The notes beneath the pieces were generated by a model, which saw only the letters and a list, made by a program, of their open reading frames with translations, ran no database searches and had not been told where the DNA came from. Below are positions 39,516 to 48,510 of a DNA stretch of 63,231 nucleotides, piece by piece. The stretch is from NCBI GenBank assembly GCA_944358865.1, contig CALVRV010000005.1, positions 1 to 63,231 of the forward strand, read 5' to 3'. How positions within the stretch are numbered: the stretch's first letter is position 1; each line of letters begins with the position of its first letter. A program made the translations under genes and the position numbers. The stretch is from an uncultured Bacilli bacterium (GTDB lineage Bacteria > Bacillota_I > Bacilli_A > RFN20 > CAG-826).

Positions 39516-42500
39516 CTATTTCTTCTTCTCCAGACCAAATGGCACAAGTAAATCTTTTTTGATAGTTGCGCCATTGACTTGGATGGATATTCCTTGGAAT
39601 TTAACATAATTGACCTTAACACCATCATCTAAATCGATATCGATATATTGGTTAGCCATATGGTCTAAGACTTGGCCATAGATTTGGAGTTCTTCTTCTG
39701 CTAATTCGATTTTGGATAACTGGTTTTCAATCTTCTTTCTTTGAGCAATGTCCGCTCTAGTAAGCTGGTCAGTTAATCTTTCTCTTTCGGTCTTATACAT
39801 CGCTGTTCTTGGTAGGAAGTACTTAGCATTAATTTTTGCTAATGTATTTTTGTCATAACGATGCAAATAGACTAAGCATTTGAAAGCACCTTGTTTGCCA
39901 CTACTAAACATCCAATAGATTGGTCTATTTTGATATACCTTCAAATGGTCTTTATAAAATTCATCATTAAGGTATCTATTGATAGCTTCTTCGGCACCTT
40001 CGTCAGTTTTCCTTCCTAAAGCATCCGCGATGAAATTAAGATTATCACGATAATATTTATCACCATAAACACGTTTTACTAATTTGCATATTGATTGTGT
40101 TAAACCATCATTAATTCCTATAAATGGATAAATCGGAAGAATTCCATCTTCATCTACATAATTCCTATATTTGGTTGGATCAAATTGTCCGCCAGCGTAA
40201 ATCAGCCCTTCTTGTTCAAGAGAATAACGTCCCATTAAACAGCCAATAAAATAAGATATTAGCGATTTAATTGAGGTTGATGTATCAACTTTTCTGATAG
40301 AAACATTTTTGTCCAAAACTGAAGAGTCGACTTCATCAGACAAACCATACATTTCAGCTACGATGGCATTTATTCTCTCTTCATTATTTTTCATCTTGGA
40401 AAACATTGTTTCTGTTTTGTTTTTCCATACAACAAAAGCATCTGATATCTTCGAATTGCTAAGCGAAACAAGCGGATGAACAAAGAAATCCCATGAATCT
40501 TCATAACTGTCCCATTCATCTTTAGATATATCTATATTGGACTGTGCCAATTCTCTAATTTCGTCCTCTCTATCATAAATAATTGGTAACGCAGCAATTT
40601 GACCAACTTCATAATTTAATGTTGGGGCGGTTGCTTTTAAAATCGTTTGAATAACATTCGAATTAACAACACCGATTAAATAAATGAGGTTTTCATGGCT
40701 TCCAAAAATGCTACAACCAGCAACATCAAAAACATGTCCAAATGGTTTATAGCGAAAAGCGATATTACCCGAGGAGATTTTTGACCAAGAAATCGACTCG
40801 ATTAAGTATTGCGCAGAGTTCTGGAAGCGTGATCCGTAACTCTGCGCAATCGCCTTGCCAAAATCCTTAAAATACACAACACAATCATTATTTCCATACC
40901 ATTTTCTAAATAATCCACCTTTGTTATACGGAACAAATTTTTTGTTTGCTTTTATGCTTTCGTCTCTTGATTTGCTATTCAAATATTCATCAGTATATGA
41001 TGGTTCCCACCAATAGCGGACAAACTTTCCGTTATCGCCGGTTTGCAAGCCGACGCAAGGCATGGCAACCGGCGATAACGCAGGCGCTGTCGCCAAAACG
41101 TTTATTAATTTATCACTTATCCAATAAGAAATTGTTTGAGCAGGAATAGATAGTAAACTTCTATTTCGTTTCACATAGACATAATCACAATCACAATTAT
41201 TCACCGCTTCTAAAAATTTCTGATTCTGAACAGCCATACCACCTTTAAATTCTGTCAATCTGAAGTAAGTTCCATTGAAATTTAATTCACTATTACGACA
41301 TATAAATGTACATAACGGGACAATGGCTTCTTCAAGAGCCGAATATTCTAACTGAGCAAGAGTCACAATATGTTTATCACACAATATGTAGTCTCTTAAA
41401 TCATTGTATGATTTAATAAACATCCATACATATGGTGTCATAAAAGCAGTGAATCCGTTTTCTTTTGTTATTTCGAAAGAATGCCAAATAAACATGGAAA
41501 ACATATCTGATTTTGCACTTAAGTAATTCTTGTTCGCATATTTTTTCATTAAATCTTCGAGATTGTTTAAATTGACATATGGAGGGTTGGTGATCATCGC
41601 ATCATACTTTCTAGCCAACACTCTTGCTACGCGTGCCAAATATCTAAGTCTTCTTAAACCTTGATTGTAGAAATCTTGTTCAAACAAACCAGGATTCTCT
41701 GTTTCTTTACATCTCTTGATGTCATCAATTAAAGGTGTATAATCTTTTCCAACTACTTTAAGTAATGAACCAATGACCTTTCCATGTTCAAATGTATTAA
41801 CTAAATATTCAGCTAATTCGATTGATTTAGCGGAGAAATGCAATGATTTCATTGCTTCTTTATAATTCAAAGCAATTAACAATTGACTATCTTTAATTTC
41901 ATAGACTCTTGGGTTAACAAATCTATCTTCGTTGAAGAATCTGTTATCAATTGATCTTGCTTTCATAATCAAAGAGAATTTGGCTAATTGAGCCGCTCTC
42001 TTATCAACATCAAGACCGTATAAGTTGTTCTTTAAAATTAATCCAGGGATGTCACGTTTGTTGTATCCTTTTTCTAAGTACATATTTAAAAGTAAATCAA
42101 AGACATAAACCAAGATATGACCACTACCACAGCATGGTTCAATTACTTTAATTTCTTCTGGGCTAACATTCTTATATTTAATTTCGTCTAATTTCTTTTG
42201 AGTTTCTTCATCTTGTTTAGCGTCATCAACATAATATTTGAGTGATTGTTTTAAAGATGAATTAGGATACGATTCAAGCCACAATCTGCCAACTGAGTTA
42301 TCAGCCATATATCTGACAATCCAGTCAGGAGTAAATAATTGGGTAACAGCTGGTAATGTATCTTTAGTAATTGTTTCTTTAGATGCAAAAACCTCATCTT
42401 TTTTAACTGAATTATAGAATTGATATAACCACCCAACCACTTCAACATCATTCATGAAGTCTTCTTCTGGGATTAATTCAATTTTTCTAATGACTGAATC

Positions 42501-43067
42501 CTGAGATAAAAGATTGTTTGGTAATAAAAGCTCTAGATATGATTCTGTTCCATCAAAGATGTCTGGAATAATTTTGCTTAAAGCAGAACATTGTTTAACA
42601 AAAACATATCTATAGAGTTCTTCTGTTTTGTTTTGATCTTTTAACAAACGAACGATATCTTCTTCTAACTTTAATTCGTTAGCGACATAAGAGAGGTTGG
42701 AAAGAATCTCTGGTTCATAGGAGCCGTCTCTACTCGTTAAAACGCGGAAACCATGTGAAAAATAATCATGGACTTCCATAAATCTAATGGCCACAATTCT
42801 GTTGAACCATGTATAAGCAAATTCTTCAACCACAGTTTCAAACTTTTCACCATTTTCAAAATGCTGACTTAACATGATTTTTCTTAAGCCATGAACACGT
42901 TTTGGCAATGAATCTGGATTGCCTTCGATGATTGTATAATCACCAACCACATTAGACTTTAATATTCTATCTTTATAGATACCTAATTTATTAAGGCCTA
43001 AAGCGATTTGGGTTTCTAATTCTTTTCTCGCAAATAATGCGTAATCAAGTAGAGCTTTTTTGTTCAT
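39516..43067 (-). CDS. pglX: BREX N6-adenine DNA methyltransferase PglX
   Basis: 1183 aa. SAM-binding block EPCCGSGHIL and catalytic block ITNPPYV. Confidence 0.9.
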   Translation of the reverse strand: MNKKALLDYALFARKELETQIALGLNKLGIYKDRILKSNVVGDYTIIEGNPDSLPKRVHGLRKIMLSQHFENGEKFETVVEEFAYTWFNRIVAIRFMEVHDYFSHGFRVLTSRDGSYEPEILSNLSYVANELKLEEDIVRLLKDQNKTEELYRYVFVKQCSALSKIIPDIFDGTESYLELLLPNNLLSQDSVIRKIELIPEEDFMNDVEVVGWLYQFYNSVKKDEVFASKETITKDTLPAVTQLFTPDWIVRYMADNSVGRLWLESYPNSSLKQSLKYYVDDAKQDEETQKKLDEIKYKNVSPEEIKVIEPCCGSGHILVYVFDLLLNMYLEKGYNKRDIPGLILKNNLYGLDVDKRAAQLAKFSLIMKARSIDNRFFNEDRFVNPRVYEIKDSQLLIALNYKEAMKSLHFSAKSIELAEYLVNTFEHGKVIGSLLKVVGKDYTPLIDDIKRCKETENPGLFEQDFYNQGLRRLRYLARVARVLARKYDAMITNPPYVNLNNLEDLMKKYANKNYLSAKSDMFSMFIWHSFEITKENGFTAFMTPYVWMFIKSYNDLRDYILCDKHIVTLAQLEYSALEEAIVPLCTFICRNSELNFNGTYFRLTEFKGGMAVQNQKFLEAVNNCDCDYVYVKRNRSLLSIPAQTISYWISDKLINVLATAPALSPVAMPCVGLQTGDNGKFVRYWWEPSYTDEYLNSKSRDESIKANKKFVPYNKGGLFRKWYGNNDCVVYFKDFGKAIAQSYGSRFQNSAQYLIESISWSKISSGNIAFRYKPFGHVFDVAGCSIFGSHENLIYLIGVVNSNVIQTILKATAPTLNYEVGQIAALPIIYDREDEIRELAQSNIDISKDEWDSYEDSWDFFVHPLVSLSNSKISDAFVVWKNKTETMFSKMKNNEERINAIVAEMYGLSDEVDSSVLDKNVSIRKVDTSTSIKSLISYFIGCLMGRYSLEQEGLIYAGGQFDPTKYRNYVDEDGILPIYPFIGINDGLTQSICKLVKRVYGDKYYRDNLNFIADALGRKTDEGAEEAINRYLNDEFYKDHLKVYQNRPIYWMFSSGKQGAFKCLVYLHRYDKNTLAKINAKYFLPRTAMYKTERERLTDQLTRADIAQRKKIENQLSKIELAEEELQIYGQVLDHMANQYIDIDLDDGVKVNYVKFQGISIQVNGATIKKDLLVPFGLEKKK
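40808..40850. repeat. perfect 13-bp inverted repeat inside pglX
   Basis: ATTGCGCAGAGTT at 40808-40820 and AACTCTGCGCAAT at 40838-40850, with a 17-nt spacer. Confidence 0.9.
41030..41080. repeat. perfect 14-bp GC-rich inverted repeat inside pglX
   Basis: CGTTATCGCCGGTT at 41030-41043 and AACCGGCGATAACG at 41067-41080, with a 23-nt spacer. Confidence 0.9.
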
Positions 43068-43078
43068 ACTCTTCCCTC

Positions 43079-46000
43079 CTAGTCAATGTCGATTTCGTCG
43101 TTATTATCTAACAATCCTTCTAATGTGTTTTTAATGTTATCTAAAAGACGTCTAACATCTTCTTGAGATTTAATCTTTCTATTAGCAACAGGAATCAAAT
43201 TAGAGGCTCTGATACTAGTTCTTCTAACTTTTGGTTGAGGTTGACCACCTTGACCATCTTCTCTAATGATTTTTGCTAATTCGCTTCTAAATGTATCGAT
43301 TTCAAGTTTTGCTCTGCTCTTAGCGGAAGAAATCTTTTCAAATGAATCTAGAGTGCCTAACAATCTATCAAATACTTCTTTTTCATCTTCATATAATTTA
43401 TCAATCTTGCCTCTTGTTTCTTCTTTTTGGAATGATTGAGTGAGTGTTTCATTATATTCTCTAGTGATGGCATATAATGACTTATTGATATCTTTCTTAG
43501 CAACATCAGCATTGGCTTTTAATAATTCGCTCTGCTTATTATTAGCATCCGCTACTAATTGAGCAAGTTTAGGCATCATATTAAATGGTTCAGCCATGGC
43601 TAAGATATCGCTAATATCTTTGATAATTTCTGATAATGCACCTAATTCAGGAACAAATAAGATGTTATCTTCGTAATATTTGCAAAGTCTTTTAGCGGCT
43701 TGCCATGTTTTGAGTTGAGAACCATTCTCGCTATGGAAGTTAATAATCATATCCAATTTATCGCCACATTCGATTAAGTCATTTTCTCTAGAGATAATCT
43801 TATCAAACACGGTCTCAGAATCAGATGAAGCTGTAATTGTGGAGAAAATAGAAAGCATCTTATCCACTAATTCTTTGCCAGGATACATTCCACTATTTCT
43901 ATAGCTGATTTGTCTTAATGATTCTAATTTGCCTTTAAAGAAATATAGAGATTGGTCACGTAATTCGACTTCTTTAAGTTCAATTGTTAAGTCAAATGCA
44001 TCCTTCATGATGCGTTTCACTTTATTAAGTTTTTGTGGATCAATTTCAGTTTGAATTTCCACTACCATTCTTTCATCTTGGCTTCCTCTAGAGAATTCCC
44101 AGACAAAGTTTTGACTATTGATAGCTTGTAATTGGTCAGCAACTTTAATTTTTAATTTATTGTTAACTAATAAGAACGCAACAACACATCTTACATCAAT
44201 GGGTCTAAAGCCATAAGGTGCTTTACCAAACTTAGTTATAAGAGATGACATAGTGACTCTTCTACCCCAGTTCTTTTCGTCCTTAACAAAGTTATAGATT
44301 TCTTTAGAAGCTAAGTTATTGATATCAGCTCCTGAATCAAAAGCATCAACACCCATGCCTAAAGGTACTTCTCTTAAAGTTGCAGAAACATCATCGTTTT
44401 TAGTAGCAAATGATTTAATATATCCAATTTTGTTATATTTACTTGTAACGACTCTTTCTAAACCTTCAGAGATTCTTTTTTTTGGATCATTAGAAGTGAA
44501 TGTCAATTGTGTACCGTTTTGATAAATTGGGCATTCTTTTAAACATGAGACAATATTCTTTTCAGCACGTTTAACAGCTTCATCAGCTTCCGCTCTCTTC
44601 TTGGCTAAAATGTCAATCATCGTAGAATCAGCGCCAGAAGCATTGTTTCTATCATAAGTTTGAATTCTATTAGCTTGGATTAATTCTTCTAGATATTGGC
44701 CGTTTGTTAAATCAATGACCAATGCATCGGATGACATAGAAACAACAGCCATATCGCTTACATCGTTTTTAGACCATGGTGTAAAGATTTTAATTGACAA
44801 GTTATCTGGCGATTCGGTGCCTTGGATATTGTTATCAATGAATCTATTTAAGCCAAATTGATATTTGCCATAAATGAATTTATTTCCAATGGCGGCAACA
44901 TTATCAAAGATAATATTTCTAACCTGTGTAAGAACTTCCGCTGTTGAATAAGTGGCTTTTTTAATGTCTCTATTAACATCTTGTTCTTTATTGGTTAAGA
45001 ATTCATATCTTTCACCATTGCGTTGCGCTAATGTTTCATCAACCAATCTATCTAATGATTCTTTAATTCTATCTTTAAGGACTTTTTTGTCTTGTTTAAT
45101 ATCAGAAACCATTAAAGTAGCAATTCTTTCAAGAGTTGGCTCCATTTCTTTGACGTTTTTTAGCATGAATAAAACTTTCAAAACTTCTAAGTCGAATGGA
45201 TTATCCGATCTTTTAGAAGCACGGGCAAAAATCTGTTTAATGTCGTGGTCCATGAATTCTTCGATGGTTTCATAAAAAGCGTTAAATGGTATTAATAATC
45301 CGTCTGGTTTATCTGCTCTTAAAACAGCACTCTTTTGGAAAGCGTTCATCAAGCTTCTTTCACCAGAAGAGATATGTTTGCCTTCTGACATACCACTTTC
45401 TCTAATAGCAGTGAATGTCATTTGCAATAATTCAAATTGATAATTAACGAATGGATAGCAATCCACGAATTGTGTTTCATCTTGATATCCAGTCCATTTT
45501 GGTTTTTGTGGGAACATCAATAGATTATTTAATCTATCTTTATTTTGTTGGAACAATGTGCCTAAATAGTTTCTAGCATCATCTGTTTTATCCAATAATC
45601 TCTTTTTAATAACTTCATCGGCGTTGCTAGATGACATCATTAATCTAGTGGCGAAACGTCCTTGAATCTTGGAGAAATCCATTTGAGCGTTTCTATTAGC
45701 GCCATCAATAAGGTCTTTAATTTCTTGTTGAGATGTGACAGCAATCCACGCTTTGCCTTTACAGGCTTTCCCTAATTCTTCTTCAACCGTCTGTAAACCA
45801 AGCATTAATTCACCACGCGAACCAATAAATTGACCAACTTCGTCAATTAAGAAAATAACGCGTCTACCAGTTTTATTAATGTATTCACTAATGATTCTAG
45901 AGAATTCTTCAATGGACAACGAGAAATTGTTTTGAGCGTCTTTAATATATGCAAGAGCAGAATCTTTTGTAATATCTTTTAATTCAGAAAGAATATTAGC

Positions 46001-46621
46001 AATTTGGTCTGTATGAAGGAGAGCGATTCTTCTAGCGTCAGCCCATTCTTTACCAGTTCTTTCTTTAAATTTGACCTTGAATGAATCATATAAGCCGTCG
46101 TTATCAAGATTTCTTTCAAATTCAGCTAACCATGGGAGCGAACCAAAATAACCAAGCTTTTCATTAAACGCACCAAGCATTGTTTCCATGATGGATGCAT
46201 TTTTGTTTTTCGCATTAACAGATGCCTTAGCATCAATATTAAATAACACGACCAAATTATTCTGTTTAGCGGATAATTCGATATCAGCCTTAATGGTCGC
46301 ATCTTGAATCTTATCATCAAAATATTCAATCGCGTGTTTACCTGCCACTACCTCATTAGACAATAAGTATCCTAATATTTTTAAGAAGTGGGATTTACCA
46401 GAACCAAAGAAGCCAGTAATCCAAACGCCAATATTCTCAGTTGGTTGAGCAATGGATTTGCGATAAGCAGAAAAGAAGCTTCTGAAGTTTTTAACTATTT
46501 CATTAGTACAAACGTATTCTTCTAATTCTTGTTTTTTACGAGATTCTTCTTCGTTACCGATAGTAACAACACCTTGAATTTCTCTTGTTATATCCTTTTT
46601 GAACAGTTTCTTGATTTCCAT
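43079..46621 (-). CDS. brxC: BREX ATPase BrxC
   Basis: 1180 aa. Walker A GFFGSGKSH and Walker B-like FLIDEVGQ. Position and size are typical of BrxC/PglY. Confidence 0.85.
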   Translation of the reverse strand: MEIKKLFKKDITREIQGVVTIGNEEESRKKQELEEYVCTNEIVKNFRSFFSAYRKSIAQPTENIGVWITGFFGSGKSHFLKILGYLLSNEVVAGKHAIEYFDDKIQDATIKADIELSAKQNNLVVLFNIDAKASVNAKNKNASIMETMLGAFNEKLGYFGSLPWLAEFERNLDNDGLYDSFKVKFKERTGKEWADARRIALLHTDQIANILSELKDITKDSALAYIKDAQNNFSLSIEEFSRIISEYINKTGRRVIFLIDEVGQFIGSRGELMLGLQTVEEELGKACKGKAWIAVTSQQEIKDLIDGANRNAQMDFSKIQGRFATRLMMSSSNADEVIKKRLLDKTDDARNYLGTLFQQNKDRLNNLLMFPQKPKWTGYQDETQFVDCYPFVNYQFELLQMTFTAIRESGMSEGKHISSGERSLMNAFQKSAVLRADKPDGLLIPFNAFYETIEEFMDHDIKQIFARASKRSDNPFDLEVLKVLFMLKNVKEMEPTLERIATLMVSDIKQDKKVLKDRIKESLDRLVDETLAQRNGERYEFLTNKEQDVNRDIKKATYSTAEVLTQVRNIIFDNVAAIGNKFIYGKYQFGLNRFIDNNIQGTESPDNLSIKIFTPWSKNDVSDMAVVSMSSDALVIDLTNGQYLEELIQANRIQTYDRNNASGADSTMIDILAKKRAEADEAVKRAEKNIVSCLKECPIYQNGTQLTFTSNDPKKRISEGLERVVTSKYNKIGYIKSFATKNDDVSATLREVPLGMGVDAFDSGADINNLASKEIYNFVKDEKNWGRRVTMSSLITKFGKAPYGFRPIDVRCVVAFLLVNNKLKIKVADQLQAINSQNFVWEFSRGSQDERMVVEIQTEIDPQKLNKVKRIMKDAFDLTIELKEVELRDQSLYFFKGKLESLRQISYRNSGMYPGKELVDKMLSIFSTITASSDSETVFDKIISRENDLIECGDKLDMIINFHSENGSQLKTWQAAKRLCKYYEDNILFVPELGALSEIIKDISDILAMAEPFNMMPKLAQLVADANNKQSELLKANADVAKKDINKSLYAITREYNETLTQSFQKEETRGKIDKLYEDEKEVFDRLLGTLDSFEKISSAKSRAKLEIDTFRSELAKIIREDGQGGQPQPKVRRTSIRASNLIPVANRKIKSQEDVRRLLDNIKNTLEGLLDNNDEIDID

Positions 46622-46624
46622 ATT

Positions 46625-47227
46625 CTACTTACCAATCCTTTCTTCGAGTGGGAACGCTCTATAATAATTGTCATCTTCTAATTTATCAAATAACCTTAGA
46701 CACATCGTGTGACTTAAGTCATATCTCCCTGGATACATCATCACAACCGGATTTTTTTTGATTATTGGTTGCAATTTATTAAGTATTGTGTGGCTCCTAA
46801 TTATTGGATAAGCCTTGCCAACACCAGTAATGAGAATGATGTGATTTCCATCATCAATAACGTTATCCTTCATATATTGCATAACAGGATTGTTATCTTC
46901 TTCTAGAGCCAAGAATGGTTTAAAGAGTTGATTGAGAAGGATTTCGTTATCATATTGCTTCTCATATTCCTTGACAGTATCGATATATCCTTCGTGTGTC
47001 AGAAGTTCCACTACCACATCGAACAAATCTATTTCTTGAATATTTGGATTATTCTTTTTAAGCTTTTCAATTTCATCTCTAACTTTTAATTCATCCTTAG
47101 GATCATAATCGAAGATGAAGAATGGAAGTTCGTTGGCTTTACCTTTTTCTAATAAGATACGTGCGTCTGCTAATTGTTTTTCAATTTCCACGAATCGAGT
47201 AGTAAGTGATCTTTCGTTTTCCATCAT
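46625..47227 (-). CDS. brxB: BREX protein BrxB (DUF1788-like)
   Basis: 200 aa. Second gene of the operon, with an ATGA overlap with brxA. Confidence 0.7.
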   Translation of the reverse strand: MMENERSLTTRFVEIEKQLADARILLEKGKANELPFFIFDYDPKDELKVRDEIEKLKKNNPNIQEIDLFDVVVELLTHEGYIDTVKEYEKQYDNEILLNQLFKPFLALEEDNNPVMQYMKDNVIDDGNHIILITGVGKAYPIIRSHTILNKLQPIIKKNPVVMMYPGRYDLSHTMCLRLFDKLEDDNYYRAFPLEERIGK

Positions 47228-47823
47228 TTCACCCCCAGAACAGCTTGTAGGAATGGCTTCCCGCCTCTAGATTCAATATGTTTCACTACAGTTGGATTAA
47301 TAATCGGTTTATCAACAAATATGTTTTTCTTAATTCTTTTGCCTAGGCCTGATTCAACAAGAATGTTTCTATAGCCTCCAGCTAATTGGGTTAATGTTGT
47401 TTTGCCCCAAGAAGCCACTACTGGTATCTTTTCCTTTTCTAAAGCAAAGAAATCATCAAAGTCAGAAATGGAAATGTATCTCTTTCCAAACAAAGCTTCT
47501 CTATATTGGATTAACAAAAATTCCATAAACAATGGGTCTGTATCGGCAATTGCGTATACAAGAATGAATTTGCTAGTTGAAATGCTGCTATTAATAAATT
47601 CGTTTAACAAAAAATTGTCTAAAGATACTAATCTATCATAGACAACATTAAACACTTCTTTTCTTCTTTGATCAGAAACGATTGGCAATTCATTATCAAT
47701 TACACACTTTTTAAACATTTCGTCATATATCAAACCACTTTTCATTATCTCGGCGATTTGTTTAGAACGAAGATATTCAAAAGGAGTCTTTTTTATAGCT
47801 GAAGAATACTCTTTTTTGTTCAT
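47224..47823 (-). CDS. brxA: BREX protein BrxA (DUF1819-like)
   Basis: 199 aa. First gene of the operon, with an AGGAGG RBS. Confidence 0.7.
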   Translation of the reverse strand: MNKKEYSSAIKKTPFEYLRSKQIAEIMKSGLIYDEMFKKCVIDNELPIVSDQRRKEVFNVVYDRLVSLDNFLLNEFINSSISTSKFILVYAIADTDPLFMEFLLIQYREALFGKRYISISDFDDFFALEKEKIPVVASWGKTTLTQLAGGYRNILVESGLGKRIKKNIFVDKPIINPTVVKHIESRGGKPFLQAVLGVK

Positions 47824-47858
47824 CAGATGCCTCCTATATTTTATAAAATTGCACTTTA

Positions 47859-47887
47859 ATTATATTAGACGTTTGTCGTGTCGTCAA
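47859..47887 (-). promoter_or_regulatory. near-consensus sigma-70-type promoter of the BREX operon
   Basis: Minus strand reads TTGACG-17 nt-TATAAT. The spacer contains GACG-n10-CGTC. The -10 lies 36 nt upstream of the brxA ATG. Confidence 0.6.
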
Positions 47888-48003
47888 ATAAAAACTCTTC
47901 CGTTTGAGATGGCATTACGCTGAACTTAGACAAAAATCATTACTTTTACAGAATTTAGTCTAATTTAAGCATAATTTTTAATATTTAACTATGTTATATA
48001 AAT

Positions 48004-48027
48004 AATTCACGTGCCAAATCGTGAATT
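48004..48027 (+). repeat. 8-bp perfect hairpin followed by a T-run at the inner edge of the right IS remnant
   Basis: AATTCACG-tgccaaat-CGTGAATT, then TATTTTT. Confidence 0.4.
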
Positions 48028-48055
48028 TATTTTTACAGTAAAAAGATATTAAAGT

Positions 48056-48510
48056 ATGCAATTAAGTGTTATTAAGTATGGAAATGAGATGTTTCTATAT
48101 ATCGTAAAGAAATATAGAAGAAATGGTAAATCTACAACTACCATAGTTAAAAAAATGTGGTAAATTATCTGAATTAAAAAAAGAATATGATGATCCTATT
48201 GCTTATTTTAAATTAAAGAAACAACCGAAAAGATGAGTAAAGAAGATAAAAACTGATGAAGCTTTTTTTGTTGGTTTTATGTAAAGAAATATAATTAAAA
48301 AATATAAAGAAATCTTATTAAATGGAGGTTTTCTTTTCTTAAGAAAAATATATACTGCTTTGCAATTGAATAATTATATTAAAAAGATTACTAGATAATA
48401 CGATTTAAATAAAATATTACGAGATTTGATGATATATACAAGAATACTCAATCTTGGTAGTAAATTATCCTCTTTTGAAGATAAGACTAAATTAATAGAA
48501 AAATTAGATT
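48056..48510 (+). mobile_element. decayed, 3'-truncated IS1634-like transposase gene remnant (right)
   Basis: Three frames must be stitched together. They read MQLSVIKYGNEMFLYIVKKYRRNGKSTTTIVKKMW*, then GKLSELKKEYDDPIAYFKLKK..*. They continue NGGFLFLRKIYTALQLNNYIKKITR*, then YDLNKILRDLMIYTRILNLGSKLSSFEDKTKLIEKLD*. The remnant ends abruptly at the stop codon of the neighbouring gene. Confidence 0.6.
48484..48510 (+). repeat. right copy of the 27-bp direct repeat
   Basis: Identical to 33640-33666. Its last two bases belong to the stop codon of the sugar-transferase gene. Confidence 0.9.

Noticed and set aside
39633-39644. Short AT-rich palindromes in pglX: ATCGATATCGAT at 39633-39644 and TAGATATATCTA at 40523-40534.
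   Set aside because: 12-bp AT-rich palindromes are expected by chance in DNA of this composition. Unlike the 13- and 14-bp GC-containing repeats, they are not remarkable.
39516-43067. pglX as a stand-alone type IIG/IIL restriction-modification enzyme.
   Set aside because: It is embedded in a full brxABC-pglXZ-brxL set, and no nuclease motif is evident in the N-terminus.
44952-45275. Antisense ORFs inside BREX genes (44952-45275, 44319-44522, 40946-41149, 36367-36558, 47402-47641), considered as possible embedded small regulators or antitoxins.
   Set aside because: They have no RBS or promoter and their composition is typical of the reverse frame of AT-rich coding DNA. The ORF at 40946-41149 is open only because of the GC-rich hairpin segment.
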